Below, piece after piece: positions 8,229 through 17,807 of a stretch of 64,000 nt of DNA. Numbering within the stretch: the stretch's first letter is position 1; each line of letters starts with the position of its first letter. Position numbers and translations under genes: made by a program. Under the pieces are notes generated by a model. It was not told the origin of the DNA. It searched no databases and saw only the letters and a program-made list of their open reading frames with translations. The DNA is from Patescibacteria group bacterium (GTDB taxonomy: Bacteria > Patescibacteriota > Patescibacteriia > UBA10025 > JAHIVO01). The stretch covers positions 19,244-83,243 of the forward strand of contig JAQULM010000001.1 of the NCBI GenBank assembly GCA_028718605.1, written 5' to 3'.

Positions 8229-10984
8229 TTCTTAAACTTTTTCCCGGAACCGCAGGGACAAGGATCATTGCGCCCAACTTTTTTGCCTGCCTGCGTAACA
8301 ATATTTCCAGCTGCAGTCTGTTTTGTGCCATTTATAGTTGGCGTTGAAAATTTTTGGATTGACGATGATCGCCCTCCCACTGATGTATGTTGGTAGCCTG
8401 ACGGCTCTGGATCATCCGAAGTTTTCGCTGGAGCACTTAACTGAATTGGCGCAGAAAGTATCGGATTATCATCTACTTTTTTCTGAATCGCGACTTTAAA
8501 GATTGTATAGACAATATTTTTTTGAATATTATTCATCAATTCGTTAAACAAACGAAATGCTTCCTTTTTGTATTCAATCAATGGATCTTGCTGTCCATAT
8601 CCGCGCAAGCCGATACCGGTGCGGAGATGGTCCATCAAATCCAAGTGCTCGATCCATAGTGTATCAATTGCCCGCAAATACACAGCCTTTTCGATGGTTC
8701 GACACATGTCAGGCGAGCCGATCGCGTTTTCAAGCGAATCATACTGCAGTTGCGCGAGTGAAGCTAAATACTTGATTATCGTTGTACGCGCTTCAGCGTC
8801 TTGCTTTTTATCATGTGCGGTCTCTCTGATTTCTTCAAGTTTGATCCTATTTTTCAGATCAATAGGAAAAATGGTATCGACAATTTCGTAAATTTCGTCA
8901 AGATTCCATGCATGCTCGTCTTCGCTTGAAGTATGGAAGGAAACGATTTGATCGATTTCATGCTCAATAAGCTCCATAATTTTTTTTCGAAGCGGGATTG
9001 GTGATTTTTCTTGATCGTTTTCTTTTTCGTCAAAAACGCCTAAAATTTCTTTTCGCTTCGAATAGATAACTTCGCGATGCTTATTTATCACGTCATCGTA
9101 CTCAACCAAATGTTTCCGAATATCGAAATTGTGGCCTTCAACTTTTTTTTGCGCTGACTCAATTGATTTACTGATGATGGCATGTTCTATCGGCATGTCA
9201 TCGGGAACTCCAAGCCGATCCATCATGCTTTTGATTTTATCGGATCCAAAAATGCGCATAAGATCATCTTCTGTGGAAACAAAGAACTGCGAAGATCCTG
9301 GATCCCCTTGTCGGCCCGCACGCCCTCGCAACTGATTATCAATTCTTCTCGATTCATGCCGTTCCGTACCAATAACATGTAGTCCACCGAGTTTTACTAC
9401 TACATCGCGGTCTTCTTTAGTTCCGTCTACGCCACCAAGTACAATATCAACACCGCGGCCTGCCATATTAGTCGCGACGGTAACCGCTCCCGGTGAACCT
9501 GCATCAGCTAGAATATCAGCTTCCCGTTCGTGGTTCTTGGCATTTAACATAGCATGGCGTATGCCTTCACGTTCAAGCAATTGGCCGAGTAATTCATTTT
9601 TTTCAATCGATACGGTGCCGATTAAGATTGGCTGGCCTAGTTCATGGCGGGTCTTTATTTCGCGGACGATCGCATTATATTTTCCTGAAGCCGTTTTATA
9701 AATTGAGTCGTTCTTATCATCACGAACCATCGGCTTATTCGTTGGTATAATGACTACTTCCAGATTGTATATTTTATGCAGTTCTTCCGCTTCTGTGGCC
9801 GCGGTGCCAGTCATGCCAGAAAGCTTTTTGTATAATCTGAAGTAATTTTGAAATGTTATGGTTGCAAGGGTCCTGCTCTCTTTCTTAATATCGACTTTTT
9901 CTTTTGCTTCAATTGCTTGGTGCAAGCCTTCTGAATACCTGCGCCCAAACATGAGACGGCCGGTAAATTCATCGACGATGATAACCTCGCCTTCTTTTAC
10001 TACATAGTCACGATCTTTTTTAAACAGAGCCTTCGCGCGAAGTGCCTGTTCAATATGGTGTACGGTCTCGATGCCTTCTGCCTCGTAGATATTCTTTATT
10101 CCCAGCATTTTTTCCATTTTTGATACGCCAACCTCAGTAAGTGTCGATGCGCGCATCTTTTCATCGATATTAAAATCTGTTCCTTCTTGCAATCGTTCCA
10201 CCAGTTCCGCAAATTGGTAATACTTATCAGTGGATTCTTCGGCAGGCGCTGAAATGATAAGTGGCGTTCGCGCTTCATCAATTAATATGCTATCGACTTC
10301 GTCGACAATTGCATAATGGAGATTGCGCTGAACCATGTAGTCACGCGACGGAACCATATTATCGCGAAGATAATCAAACCCGAATTCATTATTTGTGCCA
10401 TACGTTACATCTGCAGCATATGCATCCTTACGGGCGATCGGCCGTAAGTGTTTCAGGCGTTCATCATGAAGCTGATTGTCAAGATATGCCGGATCAAAAA
10501 TAAACCCCTGCTCATGGGTTATACAGCTAACGCTGAGCCCAATCATTTCAAGTGCGATGCCATACCATCCTGCATCTCGGCGAGCAAGGTAATCATTGAC
10601 GGTAACAACATGGACTCCTTTTCCCTCAAGTGCGTTAAGATATGCCGCCATAGCTGCTGATAGTGTTTTGCCCTCGCCTGTTTTTTGCTCCGCAATCTTG
10701 CCTTCGTGCAAAGTCATCGCAGCCATTAATTGTACGTCAAACGCGCGCTGCTTAACGGTTCGCCTAATAGCTTCTCGCACCACAGCGAGTGCTTCCGGTA
10801 GAATTGCGTCAAGGGTTGCGCCATCGCGTAATTGCACTCGAAATGCTGTAGTTTTTCCTTTCAGCTGCGCATCTGTTAAAGCTGATACTGCTGGCTCCAG
10901 CGAATTTATTTTATCTACGAGCGGCTGAAATTTCTCGATAACGCGTTTGTTTGGGTCTCCAAATAGTTTGCTGAATAGTGACAT
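8207..10984 (-). CDS. secA: Preprotein translocase ATPase SecA
   Basis: 925 aa. It has a DEAD-like motor, a preprotein cross-linking domain and a C-terminal zinc-binding tail (CPCGSGKKFKKCHG). Confidence 0.95.
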   Translation of the reverse strand: MSLFSKLFGDPNKRVIEKFQPLVDKINSLEPAVSALTDAQLKGKTTAFRVQLRDGATLDAILPEALAVVREAIRRTVKQRAFDVQLMAAMTLHEGKIAEQKTGEGKTLSAAMAAYLNALEGKGVHVVTVNDYLARRDAGWYGIALEMIGLSVSCITHEQGFIFDPAYLDNQLHDERLKHLRPIARKDAYAADVTYGTNNEFGFDYLRDNMVPSRDYMVQRNLHYAIVDEVDSILIDEARTPLIISAPAEESTDKYYQFAELVERLQEGTDFNIDEKMRASTLTEVGVSKMEKMLGIKNIYEAEGIETVHHIEQALRAKALFKKDRDYVVKEGEVIIVDEFTGRLMFGRRYSEGLHQAIEAKEKVDIKKESRTLATITFQNYFRLYKKLSGMTGTAATEAEELHKIYNLEVVIIPTNKPMVRDDKNDSIYKTASGKYNAIVREIKTRHELGQPILIGTVSIEKNELLGQLLEREGIRHAMLNAKNHEREADILADAGSPGAVTVATNMAGRGVDIVLGGVDGTKEDRDVVVKLGGLHVIGTERHESRRIDNQLRGRAGRQGDPGSSQFFVSTEDDLMRIFGSDKIKSMMDRLGVPDDMPIEHAIISKSIESAQKKVEGHNFDIRKHLVEYDDVINKHREVIYSKRKEILGVFDEKENDQEKSPIPLRKKIMELIEHEIDQIVSFHTSSEDEHAWNLDEIYEIVDTIFPIDLKNRIKLEEIRETAHDKKQDAEARTTIIKYLASLAQLQYDSLENAIGSPDMCRTIEKAVYLRAIDTLWIEHLDLMDHLRTGIGLRGYGQQDPLIEYKKEAFRLFNELMNNIQKNIVYTIFKVAIQKKVDDNPILSAPIQLSAPAKTSDDPEPSGYQHTSVGGRSSSIQKFSTPTINGTKQTAAGNIVTQAGKKVGRNDPCPCGSGKKFKKCHGTKL

Positions 10985-11022
10985 ATAGTGCTTCTTGGCT
11001 TGCCTTTATAAATAGTGCATGA

Positions 11023-11051
11023 ATTGTACATGATATCATGTAAACATTCAA
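11023..11051 (-). promoter_or_regulatory. Candidate sigma70 promoter for secA, with a 16-bp perfect palindrome in the spacer
   Basis: On the minus strand, -35 TTGAAT (complement of 11046-11051), a 17-nt spacer, then -10 TACAAT (complement of 11023-11028). The spacer and -10 contain TACATGATATCATGTA (11027-11042), a perfect 16-bp palindrome that could be an operator. Confidence 0.4.
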
Positions 11052-11088
11052 AGCACAATCAAGTTGGCGCAAGAGGATTTATTTTTTT

Positions 11089-11982
11089 TTAAAAGCCAAT
11101 ATAAACGATTTCCTCTTGAAGTTGAATACCGCTCGTATCACGCACCTGCTGTTTAATATAGCTAATGAGCGTTACAACATCTTCAGCACGGGCGTTTCCT
11201 GCATTGATAATGAAATTTGCATGCTTCTCAGACACTTGAGCACCACCAATCATTTTACCACGCAAACCTGCCTTTTCTATCAATTCCCACGCCTTTAGGC
11301 CATCGGGGTTTTTAAAAACCGAGCCAGCGCATGGATAATTCCCTGGCTGGTGCGCGCGGAGCTTAGCATACTTCGTACTTAAATTTTGTATTGCCTCAGG
11401 TGCAGCAGGGGCGAGATGAAATGTTCCACCGAGTACGACATGTGTATTTGAGTTTTTAAAAATACTACCCCGATAACTAAAATTACATGAAGCTGGGGCA
11501 AGTGATTCAATACCATTTTCCTTGGAAAAGAGAATAATCGATTCTACTATTTTTGAAATCCATTCTGTCGGGGTACCGACATTACCAACAATAGCACCGC
11601 CTATCGTCCCAGGAATGCCGGTTAAAAATTCCATTCCGCTTAAATTTTTTGAAACGCAAAATTGAATGAATTGTTGCAGCAATACACCGGATTCTACTCT
11701 GATGACATTCCCATTCTGATAAATCCCTGAATTCTCTACTTTAATTACAAGTCCCCGAAAACCTCCATCGGAAACAAGCACATTTGTCCCTTTGCCGAGC
11801 AATACATAATCAATGTTCAGCCGAATGGCTTCTTGTATAGCTGCAATAATTTCTTCATTGCTCTTCGCACGAATAAAATATGCAGCTGGCCCTCCGATTT
11901 TAAAATTCGTAAAAGGAGCAAGAACGACGTCCTGTTCTACGCCGAGTAAATGTATTGTCGACGAATCTCCCGCCTGCTTCAT
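11089..11982 (-). CDS. murB: UDP-N-acetylenolpyruvoylglucosamine reductase MurB
   Basis: 297 aa. It has an FAD-binding N-terminal domain (NFKIGGPAAYFIRAKSNEE...VLLGKGTN) and a MurB C-terminal domain. Confidence 0.85.
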   Translation of the reverse strand: MKQAGDSSTIHLLGVEQDVVLAPFTNFKIGGPAAYFIRAKSNEEIIAAIQEAIRLNIDYVLLGKGTNVLVSDGGFRGLVIKVENSGIYQNGNVIRVESGVLLQQFIQFCVSKNLSGMEFLTGIPGTIGGAIVGNVGTPTEWISKIVESIILFSKENGIESLAPASCNFSYRGSIFKNSNTHVVLGGTFHLAPAAPEAIQNLSTKYAKLRAHQPGNYPCAGSVFKNPDGLKAWELIEKAGLRGKMIGGAQVSEKHANFIINAGNARAEDVVTLISYIKQQVRDTSGIQLQEEIVYIGF

Positions 11983-12070
11983 ATAATTGACATTTTAGCA
12001 TAATTTGGTAGGGTTCGGATAGGAGGCTTGCGTTATAGTAACAAAAGGCCTCTAGAAAAAAGGAGGAAAA

Positions 12071-12718
12071 GTGCTTTTTCAAATCATATCAGCTGTCTGC
12101 TGCTGCGTTCTTGTCTTCGTGATTTGGCGGTTTTATCGAATCCCAATTGATAAGATCGCATCAGCTGCCCGTTCGGTACCAGTAACACGCTCGTATACAA
12201 TCGAAATCCGTACACCTTGGTTCTGGCTTTTCTGCAGAAAAAGGTACGTATTCGATATCAAACCCAATGTAGCTATTGCTACGACGACGAGCGAGGATCA
12301 CTTACAGCCCAATAAACCTACTGCCGCATTATCTACAGACACCCGATACTTCCGCCATCGCCTTCCATCGAATTCAAAGGTGGTAATCGTGATCCCGCTG
12401 CCATGGTGGATTGAAATCGGCAAGCATAGGTTTGAACAAATCGAAGATTTTGTAGCTGTTCCTGCCAGCGCGAAGGGATTTGTCGAATTCCTCTCAGCTG
12501 CAGATGGGAAACCCCATGACGCCGGAGAATTCATAGTTGTGAACGAATCATTGTTCACAGTAAGAAGCCAAACGGACAATTCAATTGTTACAACGGTGAA
12601 AGCTCCCTGCTCAGGATATCTCATCAGCCTACAACTTCACGGAGGGCCAAACAGCAAGCTCGTTGAGCCAGACAGCATCGTCTTGATCATCGGCATCGCA
12701 AAGCCGGTAAAACATTGA
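12071..12718 (+). CDS. Hypothetical membrane-anchored protein with a barrel-sandwich-hybrid-like C-terminus
   Basis: GTG start at 12071 preceded by a strong SD (AAGGAGG with a 4-nt spacer). 215 aa with an N-terminal TM. The C-terminus VKAPCSGYLISLQLHGGPNSKLVEPDSIVLIIG resembles a biotinyl/lipoyl-type hybrid motif. It is the only plus-strand gene inside the mur block. Confidence 0.45.
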   Translation: MLFQIISAVCCCVLVFVIWRFYRIPIDKIASAARSVPVTRSYTIEIRTPWFWLFCRKRYVFDIKPNVAIATTTSEDHLQPNKPTAALSTDTRYFRHRLPSNSKVVIVIPLPWWIEIGKHRFEQIEDFVAVPASAKGFVEFLSAADGKPHDAGEFIVVNESLFTVRSQTDNSIVTTVKAPCSGYLISLQLHGGPNSKLVEPDSIVLIIGIAKPVKH

Positions 12719-12758
12719 AGCCAACGACCGTTCGTTGGCTTCTTGTATTTTTATTTAA
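12717..12758 (+). terminator. Rho-independent terminator (11-bp perfect stem) shared by the convergent 12071 ORF and murC
   Basis: GAAGCCAACGA-ccgt-TCGTTGGCTTC at 12717-12742, followed by TTGTATTTTTATTT. The hairpin overlaps the TGA stop of the plus-strand ORF. Confidence 0.6.
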
Positions 12759-12768
12759 CTCTGCGCTA

Positions 12769-14154
12769 CTACATTTTCAACGTTGCTTGTAAGCGCCGTA
12801 CGATGGCTTCACTTGCTTGGGTGATAGAACCGGCACCCATCGTTATGATAACTGATTCGGGCTTGGCCTTTTCACATACGAACTGAACGGCATTTTCAAG
12901 CCCGGGCTTATAATACGTATGCGTTTTCAACTTGCGTATTGACTCAACGAGGTCGTTAGAGGTATGAGCGGTCATGCCTTCACGGCCTGCGACTTTAAAA
13001 ATGTCAGTCACCACGCAATGATCACAATCATTAAATGACCGCACAAAATCATCGAATAACGTGTCGGTTCGATTACCCGAGTGAGGCTGGAAAATGCACC
13101 AAATTGTTTTATCGGGAAAATGTTGTCGCGCAGCGCGAAGGGTTGCCTTTATTTCCGTCGGGTGATGGGCATAATCATCGATGATTGTTATTCCGTTAAT
13201 CGAGCCTTTTATTTCAAACCGACGCCCGATGCCAGTGAAGTTTGATAATGAAGACGCGATGATGTGCGTATCGATGCCAAAAGAAATTGCGACGGCAGCG
13301 GCGGCAAGAGCATTCGACACGTTATGCAAACCAGGAATAAGCAAAATAATGTCGAAGTTTTCTTTGCCTTTTACCGAAAAATACGTCTGGTTATCGCGAC
13401 GGTGGATATGAGTGGCATACAGGTCACCATATTCAATCCCGAAATGAATTATTTTTGCGTGAACGCCTTGCAGAGCTTGGACGACATTTTTATCAAGAAT
13501 GTTTGCTACGATGATTCCTTCCGGCGGAACTTTCTGCACCATGGTTCGGAATGTTTCGACAATCGACTGCTCGTTTTGATAAAAATCAAGATGATCGCGT
13601 TCAATATTAGTAATGCACAGCCCAATCGGTGCGTAATGCAAAAAAGCTGCCCGATATTCGTCTCCCTCGAGTATAAAATGCTTTCCCGAGCCTACTCTGC
13701 TGCTGCCGCTTAAAAATGGTGCATTTGCGCCAATCAACACACAGGGATCTAACCCTGCATCTATGAATATTTTTGCCACCATCGCTGCGGTCGTACTTTT
13801 ACCGTGGGTACCTGCGATAACAATTGGAATCTTTCCCGCAAATAACTGAGCAACGAATTCCGGGTAGCTATACGCGGGGATGCTTTTTTTGCGAGAATAT
13901 TGCAATTCGGGATTATCTGGTGTTATCGCGTTTGAAAATACCACGCACTGTGTGTCGATTTCAACATTCTCGGCTTTATGCGGACCGATACGTATATCCC
14001 CTCCCAGTGAAACAATGCGATTTGTATTTTCGGCCGCATACAAATCAGTACCTCGGACGTGTTTGCCAAGTGCAATCAGGATTTGTGCAACACCAGACAT
14101 TCCTGATCCGCCGACGCCAATTAAATGGTATTTATTAATTTGCTGGCTATTCAT
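12769..14154 (-). CDS. murC: UDP-N-acetylmuramate--L-alanine ligase MurC
   Basis: 461 aa with the N-terminus YHLIGVGGSGMSGVAQIL and Mur ligase central and C-terminal domains. Confidence 0.9.
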   Translation of the reverse strand: MNSQQINKYHLIGVGGSGMSGVAQILIALGKHVRGTDLYAAENTNRIVSLGGDIRIGPHKAENVEIDTQCVVFSNAITPDNPELQYSRKKSIPAYSYPEFVAQLFAGKIPIVIAGTHGKSTTAAMVAKIFIDAGLDPCVLIGANAPFLSGSSRVGSGKHFILEGDEYRAAFLHYAPIGLCITNIERDHLDFYQNEQSIVETFRTMVQKVPPEGIIVANILDKNVVQALQGVHAKIIHFGIEYGDLYATHIHRRDNQTYFSVKGKENFDIILLIPGLHNVSNALAAAAVAISFGIDTHIIASSLSNFTGIGRRFEIKGSINGITIIDDYAHHPTEIKATLRAARQHFPDKTIWCIFQPHSGNRTDTLFDDFVRSFNDCDHCVVTDIFKVAGREGMTAHTSNDLVESIRKLKTHTYYKPGLENAVQFVCEKAKPESVIITMGAGSITQASEAIVRRLQATLKM

Positions 14155-15221
14155 ATGCGAAGTATTTTTTGGATTTCCGATGCAATTGTTGCGGCAGCAT
14201 TCGGCTTCATTATTTTTTTTATATTCGAAACGAGCTGGTTCCGCGCCGACTCATCTCGCAGCAAACCAACGATCTTGCGGATAAAATCCTGCCGATTCTC
14301 ACTGAGACTATTAAACACAATGCATGCTTTTTGCTCAAGGCAATACCGCGCATTCAATTCTTGGTGGGAATGCGGTAAGGGAATTAAAACGGTCGGTTTC
14401 CCGAGTAATGACAGTTCGGTAATGGCGGATAATCCGCTGCGAGATACAACGATTGTCGCAGCAGCAAGCAGATCTGGCAGCTCATCGTGAATGAATTCAA
14501 ACTGGTAGTACCCATTAAATTTAATTGCGCGGTCCGCTTTTCCAACTCCGCTGAGATGTATTATCTGGCATTCTTTCAGCAGTTCTGGCAAAGACTGCCA
14601 TATAAGCTGATTAATGCTTTCAGCGCCAGTACCGCCGCCAATAACGAGCAATATCGGAAGTTTCTTGTCCAAATGAAAATGTTTATATGCATTTTGTTCA
14701 TTTCCGTGCAAAATTTGTTCACGGCACGGGTTGCCTGTCCAGATAACTTTTCGAGATGAAAAATGGTGCATCGAGCCTTCAAATGAAACCGTGATTCGGC
14801 TTGCACACCAGGCGGTTAATTTATTGGATAATGAAGGCACAATGTCTTGCTGATGGATTAATGAACGAATGCCTAGAATTGCGCCTGCCCAGATCACGGG
14901 TACTGACACAAAACCGCCAGCTCCAACAATTATTGTCGGCTTATGCTTTATTAGAATATACAAAGACTGAAAAAAGCCTACGAGTATTAACACTACATCA
15001 AGAAGGTTTTTTATATCAAAATACCTGCGTAATTTACCGGAGTATATGCCGATGTATTCAACGCCATATCCGCGCAGCAAAGAACGCTCGAGTACGCCGT
15101 GACGCGTGCCGATAAATAGCATATTCGCGCTTGGTATGCGTTTGCGGAATTCGGAAATAATTGCGATCAGCGGGACGACAGAACCGGCCGTGCCGCCGCC
15201 GACGAAGACTAATTTCATCAA
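14151..15221 (-). CDS. murG: UDP-N-acetylglucosamine--N-acetylmuramyl-(pentapeptide)-PP-undecaprenol GlcNAc transferase MurG
   Basis: 356 aa, MKLVFVGGGTAGSVVP N-terminus, GT28 fold. It overlaps murC by 4 bp. Confidence 0.9.
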   Translation of the reverse strand: MMKLVFVGGGTAGSVVPLIAIISEFRKRIPSANMLFIGTRHGVLERSLLRGYGVEYIGIYSGKLRRYFDIKNLLDVVLILVGFFQSLYILIKHKPTIIVGAGGFVSVPVIWAGAILGIRSLIHQQDIVPSLSNKLTAWCASRITVSFEGSMHHFSSRKVIWTGNPCREQILHGNEQNAYKHFHLDKKLPILLVIGGGTGAESINQLIWQSLPELLKECQIIHLSGVGKADRAIKFNGYYQFEFIHDELPDLLAAATIVVSRSGLSAITELSLLGKPTVLIPLPHSHQELNARYCLEQKACIVFNSLSENRQDFIRKIVGLLRDESARNQLVSNIKKIMKPNAAATIASEIQKILRI

Positions 15222-16318
15222 GTTTTCGTTTGTTTAGATATGTTTGATAAAATGCCTATCGAAAAGAATATCGTAACGAGAGCTGAACTTCCATAGCTTA
15301 CAAATGGTAACGGTATGCCAGTTAACGGAACCAGAGTCACCATGGCAGCAATATTAATAAATGCCTGTAGTACAATCCATGTCGTAATCCCAATTGCGAG
15401 AAGCCTCCCGTACGTATCTGGAGCATGCGCAGCAATCTTAAAGCCTCGAAACATTATCGTTAAAAAAAGTAATATCAAAATAATTGCAAAGACAAGTCCG
15501 AGCTCTTCGGCGACTATTGCAAAAATCGAATCACCTGTAACTTCAGGCAGGTACAGGAATTTCTGCCGTGAATGGCCAAGGCCGAGGCCAAGAATTCCCC
15601 CGCTTCCGATTGCCATCAATGCTTGGTTGATATGGTATCCGATGCCCTGAGGATCGAGGGCAGGGTTAAGAAAAATAGTAAAACGAGCGGCACGGTATGG
15701 GGCTAATTTTATTAATATAAAAAAAAGGACTACAGCGCTGCCAAAAATCCCAGCTAATTGTTTTAACGGTGCGCCTGCTGTAAAAAAAACTATCAGTCCT
15801 GTAGCGGCAATCGTTACCATCGTGCCCATATCTGGCTGGAGCATGATTAAAAAAACAATTGAGCCAAGTATTACGAGTAACGGAACGAGTCCATATGCAG
15901 GATCCTTGATACCTTCAATATTTTTTGCGAATAAGGTAGAAAGATATAAAATAAATGTTAATTTTAGGATTTCAGTAGGCTGAAACAGTGAGGGTCCGAG
16001 CTGTATCCATCGTCGAGCGCCGCCGTACGCATAGCCGATACCGGGTATGAAAACAGCAAGTAATAAAAGAATGTTAATCGCTAGAAAAGCAAACGCAAAT
16101 TTTTTCCACCGGTGATAATCTAGTTTATAGGCAAGAAAAAAACCTACCAACCCAAAACCGACACCATAGATTAATTGGTGCTTTAAAAAGTAATTACTGT
16201 CGCCAAATTTTTCAAAGGATAGTACTGAGCTCGCTGAAGCGAGCATGACAAGCCCATAGATCGCCAGTATTGCGCAGGTAATAAGGAGTGTATAATCGGG
16301 TTTATGGATGCGAATCAT
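15218..16318 (-). CDS. ftsW: SEDS-family peptidoglycan glycosyltransferase FtsW/RodA
   Basis: 366 aa, 10-TM SEDS protein located between murD and murG. It overlaps murG by 4 bp. Confidence 0.85.
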   Translation of the reverse strand: MIRIHKPDYTLLITCAILAIYGLVMLASASSVLSFEKFGDSNYFLKHQLIYGVGFGLVGFFLAYKLDYHRWKKFAFAFLAINILLLLAVFIPGIGYAYGGARRWIQLGPSLFQPTEILKLTFILYLSTLFAKNIEGIKDPAYGLVPLLVILGSIVFLIMLQPDMGTMVTIAATGLIVFFTAGAPLKQLAGIFGSAVVLFFILIKLAPYRAARFTIFLNPALDPQGIGYHINQALMAIGSGGILGLGLGHSRQKFLYLPEVTGDSIFAIVAEELGLVFAIILILLFLTIMFRGFKIAAHAPDTYGRLLAIGITTWIVLQAFINIAAMVTLVPLTGIPLPFVSYGSSALVTIFFSIGILSNISKQTKT

Positions 16319-16323
16319 CTGAT

Positions 16324-17712
16324 TTATTTCCGTAATGCAAGGACTGCGTTTGTAAATCGATCTCCGCGATCGAACTCGTTTAAAAATAGCCCGAAGCTGG
16401 CCGCTCCCGGCGAAAGGAGAACAGTGCGTGCCGAGGGGATCTCGCCCGCCATAATAACTGCTGCTTCCATTGAACGAGCATTCGTATAGTTTCTGAATTT
16501 AGCCTTGCGAAAGTGCTTTTTAATTTTTTCGGTCGCTGTCCCGGGCAAGAGAATGCAATGCGTTACGGATCTCCTGATCGCGTCTGCGAAGGAAGAGTAA
16601 TCAAGATTTTTATCTGCACCGCCGGCAATTAAAACTGTATGAGAGTCAAAAATTTTTAATGCAGCGATTGCTGCATCAGGTGCCGTCGCCGTTGTGTCAT
16701 TGTAATATTTTTTTCTATCGATTTCGCCGATATATTCCAAACGTCCTTGAATTCCTCGAAACGTTTTTAACGCATCGCGTATGGTGCCGATTGGAACGCC
16801 ATAAATGCGGGCCGCAATCACAGCAGCAAGTATATTGCCAAGATTATGATCTCCGCGAATCTGCAGTTTTGAGGTTTGTATAACGTTCTGAAATCGTTTT
16901 TTATTACGAACAGCGATTGCTCCATGAACAATGGTTGCGTTTGCTTGGTCGTCATACGTGGCTGAATACCACCAAACTCTCGCATGAGTTTTTTTTGCGA
17001 ACCGCTTTGTATTGATATTCTGAAGATTGAGAATACAATGATCGTTCTGGCGTTGGAAACGCACGCAGTTTTCTTTAGCACGCACGTAGTTTTTACATGA
17101 CGAATAGGTATTCAGATGATCCTGCATAATATTTGTAACAATTGCCACGTGGGGCTGAAAACGCAATTTGGCGATATCTTCAAGTTGCCAGGAAGACAGC
17201 TCAAGAATTACCGGGCTGCTTGACGATACTTTATTTATAAGGAAGAGGGGCGAAACACGGATATTTCCAGCGAGATTTGCTCGGATGTGTCCAAGACGAA
17301 AAATATGCTGAAGCAAGCTCGCCGTTGTTGACTTGCCTTTTGTTCCTGTTATGGCAATGATGGGGGCATGCGTACTCTGTAAAAAAATTCCAATGTCTGA
17401 TTCTATTGGAATGTGCTGTTGGCGCGCGATCCGTAGAAATTTTGATTGCGTGCGGACACCAGGATTTTTAATTATCAAATCTTGATTTTTAAAATCTGCA
17501 ATTCGATGCCGCCCTAGTACGTATGAAATATTCTTATACTTCTTCAACGCATTCAATGCCGGTTGGAGTACTGCCGCATTCCGTAAATCAGTTACGAGCA
17601 CGTGCGCACCAGCACGAGAAAACCATTGAGCGGCACCAATACCACCTCCCTGGAGCCCAAGCCCCATAATCAGCACCCTTTTATGTTTGTAGGTATCAGC
17701 AAAAAAAGACAT
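16324..17712 (-). CDS. murD: UDP-N-acetylmuramoylalanine--D-glutamate ligase MurD
   Basis: 462 aa with the N-terminus VLIMGLGLQGGGIGAAQWFSRAGAHVLVTDLR and the Mur ligase signature GTKGKSTT. Confidence 0.9.
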   Translation of the reverse strand: MSFFADTYKHKRVLIMGLGLQGGGIGAAQWFSRAGAHVLVTDLRNAAVLQPALNALKKYKNISYVLGRHRIADFKNQDLIIKNPGVRTQSKFLRIARQQHIPIESDIGIFLQSTHAPIIAITGTKGKSTTASLLQHIFRLGHIRANLAGNIRVSPLFLINKVSSSSPVILELSSWQLEDIAKLRFQPHVAIVTNIMQDHLNTYSSCKNYVRAKENCVRFQRQNDHCILNLQNINTKRFAKKTHARVWWYSATYDDQANATIVHGAIAVRNKKRFQNVIQTSKLQIRGDHNLGNILAAVIAARIYGVPIGTIRDALKTFRGIQGRLEYIGEIDRKKYYNDTTATAPDAAIAALKIFDSHTVLIAGGADKNLDYSSFADAIRRSVTHCILLPGTATEKIKKHFRKAKFRNYTNARSMEAAVIMAGEIPSARTVLLSPGAASFGLFLNEFDRGDRFTNAVLALRK

Positions 17713-17807
17713 ATTCGAACAAATAATGTGGTATATACTATACCATAAATGAGCCGCCTTGCGAATACGAAGGTAAGCATAAAATGATAATCACGATGCC
17801 CTTTTCT

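Noticed and set aside
8557-10928. Plus-strand ORFs of 60-110 aa overlapping secA
   Set aside because: They are antisense to a highly conserved gene, with Ser/Arg/Cys-rich composition typical of the reverse frame of a GC-richer coding sequence.
13181-14490. Plus-strand ORFs overlapping murC/murG (13264..13713, 13880..14284, 14125..14490 and others)
   Set aside because: They are shadow ORFs inside conserved mur genes.
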